A DNA stretch of 64,000 bases from an uncultured SAR86 cluster bacterium (GTDB lineage: Bacteria; Pseudomonadota; Gammaproteobacteria; Magnimaribacterales; D2472): the NCBI GenBank assembly GCA_902541175.1, contig CACBPP010000002.1, positions 14,581-78,580 on the forward strand, read 5' to 3'. Positions 10,306 through 21,055 of the stretch are shown here, piece by piece. The translations under genes were made by a program, and so were the position numbers. How positions within the stretch are numbered: the first letter of the stretch is position 1; each line of letters begins with the position of its first letter. The notes beneath the pieces were generated by a model. The model was not told the DNA's origin. It saw only the letters and a list, made by a program, of their open reading frames with translations, and searched no databases.

Positions 10306-11124
10306 TTAAAGTTTTGTTAATAAAATATTATCTATTAACCTTACTTCGCCAAGTTTTGCTGCAACCGCAACTAAAAGATCATTTGTATCAATAGAAAAAC
10401 TATCTTCAAGAGTTGAAGCATCACATATAGTTAAATAATCAACCTCAAACCCTAATCTTTTTAAATATTTTTTTTTATTCTCCAATAGTTCTTTATTTAA
10501 TAAATTTTTTGATGACTCTATATCACAAAGAACTTTATATATAGATGACGCAATATGTTTTTCCTTTTCTGATAGAAGGTTATTTCTTGAAGATAAGGCC
10601 AATCCAGAATCTTCTCTTATTGTATCTCCGCCAATAATCTTAATATTTAGGCAATTTTTAATAACAAATTCCTTAACTAACAAAAATTGCTGATAGTCTT
10701 TTTTTCCGAATATTGATATTTCTGGATTAATTATTTTAAAAAATTTATTTAATATTGTTAAAACACCATCAAAATGACCTGGTCTATTTTTTCCGCAAAG
10801 TTTTTTTGATTTTGAAGGAGCTTTTATTAATTTAATGTCATCTAATATTGACTCATCAGGAATAAAAAGATAATCACAACCATTCTTTTCTAATAACTCA
10901 ATATCACTTTCAAGTGATTTAGGATATTTTTCATAATCATTTTTCTCATTAAATTGAAGTCTATTTATAAAAATAGATGAAATAATTTCATTTTCATATT
11001 GTTTTGCTAAATCTATAAGGGAAATATGTCCTTTATGAAGGTTTCCCATTGTTGGTATAAATGTTAATTCAGTTAGATTATCTTTTATATTTATAAATTC
11101 TGAAACGGAGTTATAAATTTTCAA
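10306..11124 (-). CDS. panC: pantoate--beta-alanine ligase
   Basis: PTMGNLHKGH, RPGHFDGV, FGKKDYQQ, REDSGLALSSRN, VRLIDNI. Confidence 0.95.
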   Translation of the reverse strand: MKIYNSVSEFINIKDNLTELTFIPTMGNLHKGHISLIDLAKQYENEIISSIFINRLQFNEKNDYEKYPKSLESDIELLEKNGCDYLFIPDESILDDIKLIKAPSKSKKLCGKNRPGHFDGVLTILNKFFKIINPEISIFGKKDYQQFLLVKEFVIKNCLNIKIIGGDTIREDSGLALSSRNNLLSEKEKHIASSIYKVLCDIESSKNLLNKELLENKKKYLKRLGFEVDYLTICDASTLEDSFSIDTNDLLVAVAAKLGEVRLIDNILLTKL

Positions 11125-11126
11125 TT

Positions 11127-11942
11127 TTATTTAAATGTATATTTGTCTGATGGAAATTTAAGATCTTTAACCTCTTTTACATAGTTCTCTATAGCATTTT
11201 TTATTGATGAGGATTCTTCCATAAAGTTTTTTACAAATTTAGGAGGGTTATCTAGACATGATATTCCTAACATGTCATGAACAACCATAATTTGACCATC
11301 GGTATGAACGCCAGCACCTATTCCAATTACTGGGATTTTTAATTCTTTAGTTACTTCTTTAGCTAAGTCATCAGGAACACATTCTAACAAAAGCATCGCT
11401 GCTCCTGCTTTTTCAAGTGACATTGCTTCATTGATAATTTTTTCTTTCTGAGATGGATCTCTGCCTTGAACTTTATGACCTCCTAATCTATTAATTGTTT
11501 GTGGGGTAAGTCCCATATGAGCACATACTGGTATACCTCTATCAGAAAGTGCTTGAGCCATTTTTGAAATCCATTCACCACCCTCAATCTTTACTGAGTT
11601 AGCACCAGCTTGCATTAATCTTTTTGCATTTTCCAATCCAAGATCATCAGTTGCATAACTCATAAAAGGCATATCGGCCATTATATGTGATCCATAATTG
11701 CCATTAACAACACACTCAAGATGGTAAACAAGCTGATCCATGGTCACGGGAAGAGTACTATCATGGCCTTGAACTACCATACCTAAACTATCGCCAACTA
11801 GAATAATATCTACACCAGCTTTACTTATAACAGATGCCATTGTTGATTCATAAGCTGTTAAGCATGTAAATTTCTCATTTTTCTCTTTAAATTTATTTAA
11901 AGTATCTAAGGTTACTAATTTTTTTTCTGACTTACTCGACAT
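11127..11942 (-). CDS. panB: 3-methyl-2-oxobutanoate hydroxymethyltransferase
   Basis: ILVGDSLGMVVQGHDSTLPVT, ADMPFMSY, VKIEGG, CAHMGLTPQ, IGIGAG..DGQIMV. Confidence 0.96.
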   Translation of the reverse strand: MSSKSEKKLVTLDTLNKFKEKNEKFTCLTAYESTMASVISKAGVDIILVGDSLGMVVQGHDSTLPVTMDQLVYHLECVVNGNYGSHIMADMPFMSYATDDLGLENAKRLMQAGANSVKIEGGEWISKMAQALSDRGIPVCAHMGLTPQTINRLGGHKVQGRDPSQKEKIINEAMSLEKAGAAMLLLECVPDDLAKEVTKELKIPVIGIGAGVHTDGQIMVVHDMLGISCLDNPPKFVKNFMEESSSIKNAIENYVKEVKDLKFPSDKYTFK

Positions 11943-11950
11943 AATGAAAA

Positions 11951-13141
11951 TTAAATATTTGAAGCTATTATTTTAAAAATCTCTCTTGCTATTCTAATCT
12001 TTTTATCCTTTTTGAGAAAAATTGTTTTGTTACTTGTAATCACATTTACCTCATTATCATCAACATCAAAACCGATTGATTTATCCGAAACATCATTGGA
12101 AATAATCATATTTAAATTCTTTAATTTAAGTTTTTTCATTGCACTTGTATTAACATCATCAGTTTCAGCAGCAAATCCTACAACGAATGCTGAAGGATAC
12201 TCTGAGGCAACATAGCCCAAAATATCTTCATTTTTTTCAAGCTGTATATCAATATTTTTCATCCCTTCTTTTTTAATTTTTATGTCTGAGTAATCAGATG
12301 GTCTAAAATCTGAAACAGCAGCACATCCAATAAAAATATCTGAATCATTCATAAATTTAACAACTTTATCTAACATTTCTTTAGCTGAATTAACTTTTAT
12401 TAAATTAGCATGTTTATTTGCTTTTATTGATACCGGTCCACTAACTAAGTTTACAAATGCCCCCGCTTCAATAGCTGCATCAGCTAGTGCATATCCCATT
12501 TTTCCAGAACTGTTATTTGAAATATATCTAACTGGATCTATTTGTTCTCTTGTTGGACCTGCTGTTATTGTTATTTTTTTTCCAGAAAGAGGACCAGACT
12601 TAAATGTACTTTTTATGAATTCTATGATTTTGTCGGGTTCTTCCATTCTACCAGGCCCTATATCACCACATGCTTGCTCACCTATGCCGGGACCAATAAA
12701 AGATATATCTCTTTTTAATAGAGTATTGTAGTTATCCTGAGTACTTTCATCTGTCCACATATTCATATTCATTGCTGGGGCAATATATTTATTTGCTTTA
12801 GAAGCAAGAAGTATTGCTCCGATTAAATCATCAGCCCTACCATGAGTAATTCTTGAAATTGTCTCTGCAGTGCATGGAGCTATCAAAATTATGTCAGCCC
12901 ACTTTGCTAATTCAATATGGCCCATCGCTGACTCAGCTTTAGCATCAAGCAAAGAGTCGTGTATCTCATTTCCTGAGATTGCTTGAAGGGTTAAAGGGGT
13001 TATAAATTCTTTAGCTGATTCAGTCATAACAACTCTTACATCAGCTCCATCTTTTTTAAAAAGACGAATAATTTCAGCAGACTTATAAGCAGCGATGCCA
13101 CCAGTCACTCCGATAAGAACATTTTTCTTAAAAAAAAACAT
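11951..13141 (-). CDS. coaBC: bifunctional phosphopantothenoylcysteine decarboxylase/synthetase
   Basis: [62 protein letters not shown]; start set at ATG 13141. Confidence 0.95.
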   Translation of the reverse strand: MFFFKKNVLIGVTGGIAAYKSAEIIRLFKKDGADVRVVMTESAKEFITPLTLQAISGNEIHDSLLDAKAESAMGHIELAKWADIILIAPCTAETISRITHGRADDLIGAILLASKANKYIAPAMNMNMWTDESTQDNYNTLLKRDISFIGPGIGEQACGDIGPGRMEEPDKIIEFIKSTFKSGPLSGKKITITAGPTREQIDPVRYISNNSSGKMGYALADAAIEAGAFVNLVSGPVSIKANKHANLIKVNSAKEMLDKVVKFMNDSDIFIGCAAVSDFRPSDYSDIKIKKEGMKNIDIQLEKNEDILGYVASEYPSAFVVGFAAETDDVNTSAMKKLKLKNLNMIISNDVSDKSIGFDVDDNEVNVITSNKTIFLKKDKKIRIAREIFKIIASNI

Positions 13142-13155
13142 ATATATAAAATTAT

Positions 13156-14103
13156 TTAGAGAATAATACCAATTACACGGTCTATAAACCAATAGAAGCC
13201 CATTCCACCAATAAATAGACTTGCAATGATTTTTGTAATTTCAGTAATATTAAACTTATTTGATATTAATAAGATTATTAAGGGTATTGGTATTAAGGCT
13301 ATTTGAGCAATCTCTATACCAACATTAAAAAAGAATAATGATAAAAGCATATTGTTGTTTACTATACCTATATCCATTAAAGCTCCAGCGAATCCAAGCC
13401 CATGAAGTAATCCAAAACCAAATGCCATTATCCAAGGAGTTTTTATTGATCCTTTATTTCGATTTATCTCAGTTGCTAAATATACAATAGTTAATGCAAT
13501 TAAAGCCTCAATAGTTCCTTGTGGTAATGATATTAGTTCAAAAACTGTTAATCCAAGTGTAATACTGTGAGCTATTGTAAAGGCTGTAATAGTCTTAATT
13601 ATATTTATAAATCCAGATATACAAAAAAGTAATCCAAATATAAATAAAATATGATCTAAACCATCAAATAGATGAGAAACACCAAGCTCTAAATAAGATA
13701 ATGGATAGTAATTACTTTCTAAAGGTACTATGAGGACATTTTCTTGAACATTTACAAGTCCCTCGAAAATTTCATCATTAAAGTTTATTGTTATTAATGC
13801 GTCTGTTAGAACACTAAGATTTATAATTTCTATAGACAAGCCTTTTAAAGACGATGAGCAGTCTAAGGATATTTTTTCATTTATATATTTTCCTTGGTAA
13901 TAAAGATCATTTGATGAGGTTGTGCATTCATTTGGAAATATTACTTCAGCCCTTCTGCCAATATTTTTGTATGGATACATCCATATTGCTTCATATGAAA
14001 GATCATCATTTAATTGTTTTATTACAAGATGGGCTGGATTAAATTCATGAGAATTTATATCTAATGTGATTAAAAAAAGTAAAGAAAAAAAAAGACCTTT
14101 CAT
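13156..14103 (-). CDS. HupE/UreJ family membrane protein
   Basis: Signal peptide then HEFNP; GVSHLFDGLDHILF, TAFTIAHSITL, FGLLHGLGFA, FNVGIEIAQ. Confidence 0.85.
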   Translation of the reverse strand: MKGLFFSLLFLITLDINSHEFNPAHLVIKQLNDDLSYEAIWMYPYKNIGRRAEVIFPNECTTSSNDLYYQGKYINEKISLDCSSSLKGLSIEIINLSVLTDALITINFNDEIFEGLVNVQENVLIVPLESNYYPLSYLELGVSHLFDGLDHILFIFGLLFCISGFINIIKTITAFTIAHSITLGLTVFELISLPQGTIEALIALTIVYLATEINRNKGSIKTPWIMAFGFGLLHGLGFAGALMDIGIVNNNMLLSLFFFNVGIEIAQIALIPIPLIILLISNKFNITEITKIIASLFIGGMGFYWFIDRVIGIIL

Positions 14104-14897
14104 TAAATTTGTAAATCTGGATTTATATAAATTTTATATTCATGTCTGATTTTATTTAAATAGTTCTCGATTGCTTCATCCCTTTGACTCTGTAAAAAAT
14201 CAACCTCAACTTGTTTTAAAACATTTGTAATATTTGGAAGATAGCCCTTAGTAAAATTTGTTACATATATTATATGGTGGCCAAATGGTGATTCTATTGG
14301 GCCAATCCATTTATTAAGTTCAATACTTATAAAGTTTGAGCTAAAATCTTCACCAAATTCACTTTTAATTTTTTTCATACTAACGTTAACAAAATTCTTG
14401 CCTAAGAAAAAAGGATCAGAATTAATAGCGATATTATTTATTAAATCTTTATAAGCCTGTGATGATCTCTCTAAAGAACTATTTTCAGATGAAAAAAAAT
14501 AATGAGTAAAAGTATATTTAGGGTCAATAAAATATTTGTCATTATTTTCATCAAAGTATCTACTTAAATCTTCATTTGTTGGTGAATTTGGAATTGATTC
14601 TTGTTTTAAAAAAGATATTTTTTGCGCCAATCTCCTTTTAATGATTCGATCTTCTCTATCTAATCCTAACTTTAAAGCTTCTCTATACAAGATTTCTTCT
14701 TCTACAAGATTATTTATAATACGAGCTATTTCATCGTCATTTGGATTTCTACCAACTTGAGATTTCCATGCAGTTACTAGACTTATAATCTCTTGATCAC
14801 TTATATATATTTCTTTTTCATCGTAAGAATTTAACCCTATATCAATAAGATATAAAGTTAATCCAATAATAAAAAATATAGATAATTTATACTTCAA
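14103..14897 (-). CDS. parvulin-type peptidyl-prolyl isomerase domain protein
   Basis: EEILYREALKLGLDREDRIIKRRLAQK, WIGPIESPFGHHII; N-terminal membrane anchor. Confidence 0.8.
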   Translation of the reverse strand: MKYKLSIFFIIGLTLYLIDIGLNSYDEKEIYISDQEIISLVTAWKSQVGRNPNDDEIARIINNLVEEEILYREALKLGLDREDRIIKRRLAQKISFLKQESIPNSPTNEDLSRYFDENNDKYFIDPKYTFTHYFFSSENSSLERSSQAYKDLINNIAINSDPFFLGKNFVNVSMKKIKSEFGEDFSSNFISIELNKWIGPIESPFGHHIIYVTNFTKGYLPNITNVLKQVEVDFLQSQRDEAIENYLNKIRHEYKIYINPDLQI

Positions 14898-14917
14898 TTT
14901 GATTTAATAGAATAAAT

Positions 14918-17065
14918 CTAGTCAATATTCCTTAATTGAATTGTTCCTCCAAGTGGAACCACTTCAACATCAGACTGTTCTGGAATATACCATATTGGTG
15001 AAGACCAAGCCCTTTCTTGTATTGTTTCATGTAAACCTTCTCTAGGTTTATACCCTGCTTTAATTGCATCCCATGTACTCCATCTGCATGTTGGATTTTC
15101 TAGAACACGTACGTAATAAAAAGTTTTATCATCAGGAGCAAATTCTGGATCTTTCCAAACAGTTTTTAACTCAGATGAGCCAACATTTGTACTAATTGAG
15201 CAATCGTTAATATTTACTCGAGCTCCATTGTCTGGACATCTATTAGTTGCTGGATCAGGCTGCATTCCATCAGAACACGCCACATCATAAACCTTTTCTT
15301 TTGGTCTTCCACTATTATTATCTATCCAACCTTTTATAATTTGGATTCTTTGGAGTGGAGCTCCATTTTTATCCCTTTGCGCCCATACGAGAAATTCTGG
15401 AATTTTATTTTCATTGTGTAATAGATCAGAACCCATAGTTACACCTTTTTGATAGGCCTGACTAACAAGGTATTCTGAATTTAAATCAATTGATGAAAGA
15501 TTATATCCACCAAAAAATCTTACAGCTATTCTTGTTCCAGTTGTTGCAAAAGTTTCTTTTCTTCTAAATGCATTAAAAATTGATTCTCTTGTATTTTCTT
15601 CAGCCCATACAGCAGCTAATCCTGAAGCACCCCATTGAGTAAAACCTGTATTTGCATACTCTCCCTGTTCTAAACTTACTCTACTAACAGGTTGATTAAA
15701 AGCTCTCATATATTCATCTAATCTTTCAACATTCTCCTCTTTTAATGGAACCGAGCCTCTATTTTCAGGATCACCATCAAGAAGCCCTACCTTTGACCAA
15801 AAATTAGATTCATCAAGTGAGGCTGCAACAACATGAGTATCAGTAGAGCCTATTAAACCAAATTTATAAGGATTGCCTTGTTTTGTAAATTCTAAAGTAA
15901 GGCCATTTAGGTATGCTTCTCTTACATATGATCCTGAAGGTTTACTATAAGTTGGAGGTCGACTTCCTACTCTCACATCCATAATTTCAAAATCAGCCCA
16001 TTCATCATCTGGTGATAACAATGGATGTGTATCTGAAGTCCCTTTTACTTGCGTGATCTCAACTATTGGCTCATTTCTCATTCTCTTATTTGCATACTCT
16101 AAATCAAGCGCATTACCTTTAAATGACTCCATTTCAAACATTTGGCCATTAGAACCATTTGAATTATGAGGTATTGCAATAGTATCAACACCTTTATCTC
16201 TTAATTTATCCTGCCATGTCCATAGATCCTCTGGATTAATAGAATCTATTCTTGTCCATGGCCTAATAGATGCTTTCGACGAATTAAAGATAACATTTCT
16301 ATGTAAATTTCCACCTTCAATATCAGTTGAGGTTGTAAATTCATACCCAATAAAAGTTGTAAAATGTCCTGGATCATTATGTTCATTTGCTGATCTAGCA
16401 ACATCAGCCCAAGCAGATTTATGTATATCGTAATCAAATGATTGAAGAGCACCTTGAGTATTTCTAGTTAAATATGCTTTTAATAATTTTGGATGCCAAT
16501 CTGGATATGGTTGAATAATTGTTGCGCCAAGAACAGAACTAAAAATATTTGATCTTTCACCAGCCGATTCTACGGTTAAATTATCTAATCTATTTAAATT
16601 ATGAAAAGGTTCTGCAAATTCATTTTGAGAAATATCTGTTGAAGTATCGGCATAAGCCTGAATCATACCCATGTAAAAGCCATGATCTGTTACTGCATAG
16701 AAATCTAGCGGCTCTCTAAGTTTCATTTCATAACCAAGAGGATGTTTAACACCCTCTCCTTTAGCATATCTATATGCATCATCTGGTGATGCGGTTACAC
16801 CGAATACATAAGCATCAAAGGAATATTTTGTATGAACATGTAAATCTCCATAATAAGGATTTCTATTCTTATTAGGTTTAGGTTTTGATTTAGAGCTATC
16901 TTTTTTCTCTAAAGAAAAATCAACAACTTTAAGAGCAGAATCAGATTGTATATTTTTAAATATGTTTATTATTGGTCTACTATCATACACATCAACATAT
17001 ACCAAACCTAAAGTTAATATATATAGGCCTATTACAGTTAGAAATGCATTTCTAAGATGTTTCAT
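14918..17065 (-). CDS. DUF3604 family PHP-like metallohydrolase
   Basis: YYGDLHVHTKYSFDA, DFYAVTDH, IGYEFT, NLHRNVIF, IPHNSNGSNG, GSTDTH, RVLENPTCRWST, IQERAWSSPIWY. Confidence 0.88.
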   Translation of the reverse strand: MKHLRNAFLTVIGLYILTLGLVYVDVYDSRPIINIFKNIQSDSALKVVDFSLEKKDSSKSKPKPNKNRNPYYGDLHVHTKYSFDAYVFGVTASPDDAYRYAKGEGVKHPLGYEMKLREPLDFYAVTDHGFYMGMIQAYADTSTDISQNEFAEPFHNLNRLDNLTVESAGERSNIFSSVLGATIIQPYPDWHPKLLKAYLTRNTQGALQSFDYDIHKSAWADVARSANEHNDPGHFTTFIGYEFTTSTDIEGGNLHRNVIFNSSKASIRPWTRIDSINPEDLWTWQDKLRDKGVDTIAIPHNSNGSNGQMFEMESFKGNALDLEYANKRMRNEPIVEITQVKGTSDTHPLLSPDDEWADFEIMDVRVGSRPPTYSKPSGSYVREAYLNGLTLEFTKQGNPYKFGLIGSTDTHVVAASLDESNFWSKVGLLDGDPENRGSVPLKEENVERLDEYMRAFNQPVSRVSLEQGEYANTGFTQWGASGLAAVWAEENTRESIFNAFRRKETFATTGTRIAVRFFGGYNLSSIDLNSEYLVSQAYQKGVTMGSDLLHNENKIPEFLVWAQRDKNGAPLQRIQIIKGWIDNNSGRPKEKVYDVACSDGMQPDPATNRCPDNGARVNINDCSISTNVGSSELKTVWKDPEFAPDDKTFYYVRVLENPTCRWSTWDAIKAGYKPREGLHETIQERAWSSPIWYIPEQSDVEVVPLGGTIQLRNID

Positions 17066-17184
17066 TGAATTCCCCCAAAGAAAAAATGATGGTTAGATTA
17101 TAAGATTTGAGGCATTTTCTTACAATATTTATCAAGATAAATTTTGATACTTTTGTTGGATTGAATTAATCTATGTCAAGCTTA

Positions 17185-17261
17185 GCGCCTGTAGCTCAGT
17201 TGGACAGAGTACTTGGCTTCGAACCAAGGGGTCGGGAGTTCGAATCTTCCCGGGCGCGCCA
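17185..17261 (+). tRNA. tRNA-Arg(TCG)
   Basis: GCGCCTG/CGGGCGC acceptor, CTTGG-CTTCGAA-CCAAG anticodon arm, TTCGAAT T loop, CCA. Confidence 0.95.
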
Positions 17262-17272
17262 TTTATTAAGAT

Positions 17273-17299
17273 AAAAAAGGAGTTCATATGAACTCCTTT
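17273..17299. terminator. intrinsic terminator between convergent tRNA-Arg and TBDR
   Basis: Perfect 10-bp stem AAAGGAGTTC-ATAT-GAACTCCTTT with A tract. Confidence 0.85.
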
Positions 17300-17319
17300 A
17301 GTTAGTAGTGAAATAATTA

Positions 17320-19758
17320 TTAAAACGAATAGTTTAACGTTACTCCATATGTCTTATAAGCATTAGGATATCCAAAAAATGTTGTTTCAGATAGATCAGC
17401 TACCGCGACAAAAGCAGAAGTTAGATATTCATCATCATTGATATTTTTTCCCCAAACACTTATTGATATATCATCTTTTTGAAATCCTAATGTAAAGTTA
17501 AGTGTATCTTGTTTTCTAAAACCATTTCCTCGAGATTCTAGAATTGCCTGATGAGCTGGATTTTCTAATAAAAATGCTTCACTTGAATACAAATGAGAAA
17601 TCCTCAAGTAAGAATCCCAATTATTCATATTAAAATTATATGTTATTGAAGAAGATATTGTATCTTCAGGGATATTTGATGGAACTGTCCCAGTTAAATC
17701 TCCCGCAGCAGCTCCGACATATGAATCATATATTGGATCCATAAATAAACCACTAATTGCTAAATCGATGGAATCAGTTGGTGACATAACTAAATCAAAC
17801 TCATATCCATCACTAGATTGAGAACCGGCATTTGCTAAAACAAAACCTGTTCCAACAAAGGTATTTGTTTGAAAATCTTCAATCTCTTGATCAAAAATAG
17901 CTATATTTAAATATCCAGACGGTAATCCGATCTTAGCTCCAAATTCTAATACTTCAGCTTTTTCAGGATTTGCATATCTTGTACCAACGGTTGTATTTGC
18001 ACCTACTGGTGTACCTGCTGCAGCTAATGCATTAATTTCACTTGCTGTAGGTCTAGAATCTCTTGAAATATTCCAAGCCGATGCTTTAAATCCAGTTGAT
18101 ACACCACCATATACTGAGACAAAATCATTTACAGAATATGTAAATTTAATATTATGATCTACATTATCATCTTTACTCTTTCCATTATTTGCAACATTTG
18201 GAAAATTGACAAATTGAGGTAAAAGTTGAAGTGCTTGGAAAGCAAGTAACTCATTTTGAGCTGGATCTGATGCTATAGCCTGTGCAGTAGCAGCTGGAAA
18301 TCCAGCACCAATTAACTGAGCTGTAACAATACCAACAAAATCAAGTTGAGAGAAAAAATCGGTATTAACTTGATTATATGATACTGTTTTTTCATCTTCG
18401 AGATAACTCACACCTATAAGAATATTTAGTTTATCGGTAATATTGTAGTCAGCTTGCATGAAAATTGATGTGCTTATATTTTCTTGAGTGGCCTCTTCTG
18501 TAGTTCCTGCTCCAGTTGCAAATATAGTACCAGTCGGTAAGCCAAATGCAGCTTCAGTAGCAATAAATGCAGCTTCAGGAGCAGTTGCATCTAAGAATGA
18601 TCCTATGTAAGGTCTAAATCCAGATCCATAATAAATAGATTCACCATAATCCATTTCTTCTTTGTAATAATGAGCGCCGATTAACCAATTTAAATCATCA
18701 CCGTCATCGTTATAAAGTCTGAATTCATGTGTCACTTGTTCAAGATCTTGTGTAATGGGACTTGGAAGGACTATAGGACCCCCATCAAAGTCTACATCTT
18801 GAACATTTGTCATATAGGAATTTCTAAAGGAAGTAATACTCTCGAGAACCATATTATTAAAACCATATTCTATATGCGCTGTCAGGCCGGAATTATCACC
18901 AGATGTATCTGGATCAAAATCAAAAAAGACTTTCTGAGTATAGGGATCATTTGGTATTACGCCTCCACCCATAGCAGCAGCAATTATATTTGCAACTCCA
19001 TAAGCCGCACTACCTACAGCACAACAAGTTTCATCATATTCATCATAATCTGCAGTTAATCTAATTGAGAGCTCATCGGAAGGTTGTAATAAAATTTCAC
19101 CCCTTAAATTAAATCTATCTCTGTTATTTGTATAATTACCAGTTCTCATATTTTCAGACGATCCATCAGACTTATTAAAACTTGCATAAAAACTATATGC
19201 AGATGTTTCATTAATTGGTCCTGTAGTATAAATTTTTCCAATCTGAGAATTATAATTACCCATTGTTGTTGTAATAAAACTAGATTTTTCAAATGAAGGT
19301 TTCTTTGTTACAACATTAATTACACCTGCTGTTGCATTCTTTCCAAACAATGTACTTTGAGGACCTCTAAGAACCTCAATTCTTTCAATTAAAGGGAGAT
19401 CTGATATCTGAGATTGCATTTTTGATCTATAAACTCCATCAATAAAAACAGCCACAGATGGTTCAATACCTTGGTTATAATCACCATTTCCAAAACCTCT
19501 GATAAAAAAAGTAGATTGTGTAGAAGTGCTTCTTTGACGAGTATCTAATGAAGGTACAACTGCTTTAAGATCCAGAATATCAACTATATTAGCCTTCTCA
19601 ATAGTTTCAGCAGAAACAACCGATACTGCAACTGGAACCTCTTGAAGTGTCTTTTCAGTTTTTGTAGCTGTAACAATAATTTCTTCAACAGAAATTTCTT
19701 GTGAAGAAATATTTTGAAAACTAAATATTAATATTGATAATAGCGTAATTTTTTTCAT
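17320..19758 (-). CDS. TonB-dependent receptor
   Basis: Signal peptide, TonB box EEIIVTATK, plug RIEVLRGPQSTLFGKNATAGVIN, C-terminal YGVTLNYSF. Confidence 0.93.
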   Translation of the reverse strand: MKKITLLSILIFSFQNISSQEISVEEIIVTATKTEKTLQEVPVAVSVVSAETIEKANIVDILDLKAVVPSLDTRQRSTSTQSTFFIRGFGNGDYNQGIEPSVAVFIDGVYRSKMQSQISDLPLIERIEVLRGPQSTLFGKNATAGVINVVTKKPSFEKSSFITTTMGNYNSQIGKIYTTGPINETSAYSFYASFNKSDGSSENMRTGNYTNNRDRFNLRGEILLQPSDELSIRLTADYDEYDETCCAVGSAAYGVANIIAAAMGGGVIPNDPYTQKVFFDFDPDTSGDNSGLTAHIEYGFNNMVLESITSFRNSYMTNVQDVDFDGGPIVLPSPITQDLEQVTHEFRLYNDDGDDLNWLIGAHYYKEEMDYGESIYYGSGFRPYIGSFLDATAPEAAFIATEAAFGLPTGTIFATGAGTTEEATQENISTSIFMQADYNITDKLNILIGVSYLEDEKTVSYNQVNTDFFSQLDFVGIVTAQLIGAGFPAATAQAIASDPAQNELLAFQALQLLPQFVNFPNVANNGKSKDDNVDHNIKFTYSVNDFVSVYGGVSTGFKASAWNISRDSRPTASEINALAAAGTPVGANTTVGTRYANPEKAEVLEFGAKIGLPSGYLNIAIFDQEIEDFQTNTFVGTGFVLANAGSQSSDGYEFDLVMSPTDSIDLAISGLFMDPIYDSYVGAAAGDLTGTVPSNIPEDTISSSITYNFNMNNWDSYLRISHLYSSEAFLLENPAHQAILESRGNGFRKQDTLNFTLGFQKDDISISVWGKNINDDEYLTSAFVAVADLSETTFFGYPNAYKTYGVTLNYSF

Positions 19759-19793
19759 TTTAACTCCCTAAAAGTATCTCGATTATACAAGAA

Positions 19794-20180
19794 TTAAAGT
19801 CCAGGTTGAATCTCTCCGCCGCATTCAACCCATTCTTGAAATCCACCTAGATTATATACATTTTTAAAACCTAGATCTAAAAGAGTTTTTGCTGCTAGAG
19901 CCGATCTGTATCCACCTGCACAATATACAAGAATATTTGTATTATTATTAATTAAAACAGTATTATTTGGAGAATTTGGTGAAAGTTTAAATTCTAATAA
20001 TCCTCTTGGAATATGAACAGCATTTTTAATGAGACCAAGATTATAGACTTCTGATTCTTCTCGAACATCAATAATTACTGTCTGTGTATTGTTAATTAAG
20101 TCAACAGATTCATCATAAGATAAACGTTTAACAAGATCATTTGCTTCGATTAAAAGTGCTTCAAGAGTTTTAGTTTGCAT
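19794..20180 (-). CDS. rhodanese-like domain protein
   Basis: IIDVREESE, HIPRGLLEF, VYCAGGYRSALA, NLGGFQEW; start ATG 20180 with GGAG SD. Confidence 0.88.
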   Translation of the reverse strand: MQTKTLEALLIEANDLVKRLSYDESVDLINNTQTVIIDVREESEVYNLGLIKNAVHIPRGLLEFKLSPNSPNNTVLINNNTNILVYCAGGYRSALAAKTLLDLGFKNVYNLGGFQEWVECGGEIQPGL

Positions 20181-21051
20181 GTATCTCTCCACTTATATTA
20201 TTTCTTTTATTTGATGTTGCAAAAAATACTCCTATTAATATTGTTGCGCACCCTAATATAATTCCACCAGTTATTACTTCATTTAAAAATATTGCTCCCC
20301 AAATAATACCAAAAACCGGAAGAAAATAAGCAACAGTTGAGGTTTTCACTGCTCCAATTTTTTCTATTAAATATACATAACCAAAGAAAGCTAATCCGGT
20401 TGATATTGAACCAAGCCACGTTGCTGATAACAATGCATTAGTAGATGGAATCTGCGGGGGAAGATTTAGCAATGTAAAAGGAATCATAATAAAACAACTA
20501 AAGATAATAGACCAACCTATAAGAACCATTTTGTCTGTTTTTTCTGAATACTTTTGAATGAAGACGGTAGAGAATGAATAACAAGCTGCTCCAATTAAAC
20601 AAAATAATGCAGATATTATTGAAGTTGAAGATGATTCAGGGTTAACAAGGATTATCACGCCAATAAATCCCAGAACCAAACCAAATACTTGCTTAAGTGT
20701 TACTTTTTCTCCTAACCATAATAGAGCTATTATCATAGTGTTAAATGCAGTTGTAGCATTCAATATTGCAAGAATATTTGAATCTGCCCCAAAACTTCCA
20801 TAAGAAAATAATGAAAAAGGGATAGCATTGTTAGTTACAGCTAAGACTAATGAATGTTTCCATGCAGGTTTGAGTAAGATAAGATATTTTTTTCTTAACA
20901 AAATAGGTATAAAAACCAATGAAGCAATTGCTAATCTGGCTTGAACCAATCCTATAGCACCAAATTCAGGTGCAGCAACTTTTATAAAAATAAAAGCACT
21001 ACCCCATACTGCTCCAAGAAAAGTTAAAACTACCCAGTACCTTAATTCCAT
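20170..21051 (-). CDS. DMT/EamA family transporter
   Basis: WGSAFIFIK, ~10 TM helices, two EamA repeats, IGAVKTSTVAYFLPVFGIIWG. Confidence 0.9.
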   Translation of the reverse strand: MELRYWVVLTFLGAVWGSAFIFIKVAAPEFGAIGLVQARLAIASLVFIPILLRKKYLILLKPAWKHSLVLAVTNNAIPFSLFSYGSFGADSNILAILNATTAFNTMIIALLWLGEKVTLKQVFGLVLGFIGVIILVNPESSSTSIISALFCLIGAACYSFSTVFIQKYSEKTDKMVLIGWSIIFSCFIMIPFTLLNLPPQIPSTNALLSATWLGSISTGLAFFGYVYLIEKIGAVKTSTVAYFLPVFGIIWGAIFLNEVITGGIILGCATILIGVFFATSNKRNNISGEIHAN

Positions 21052-21055
21052 AATA

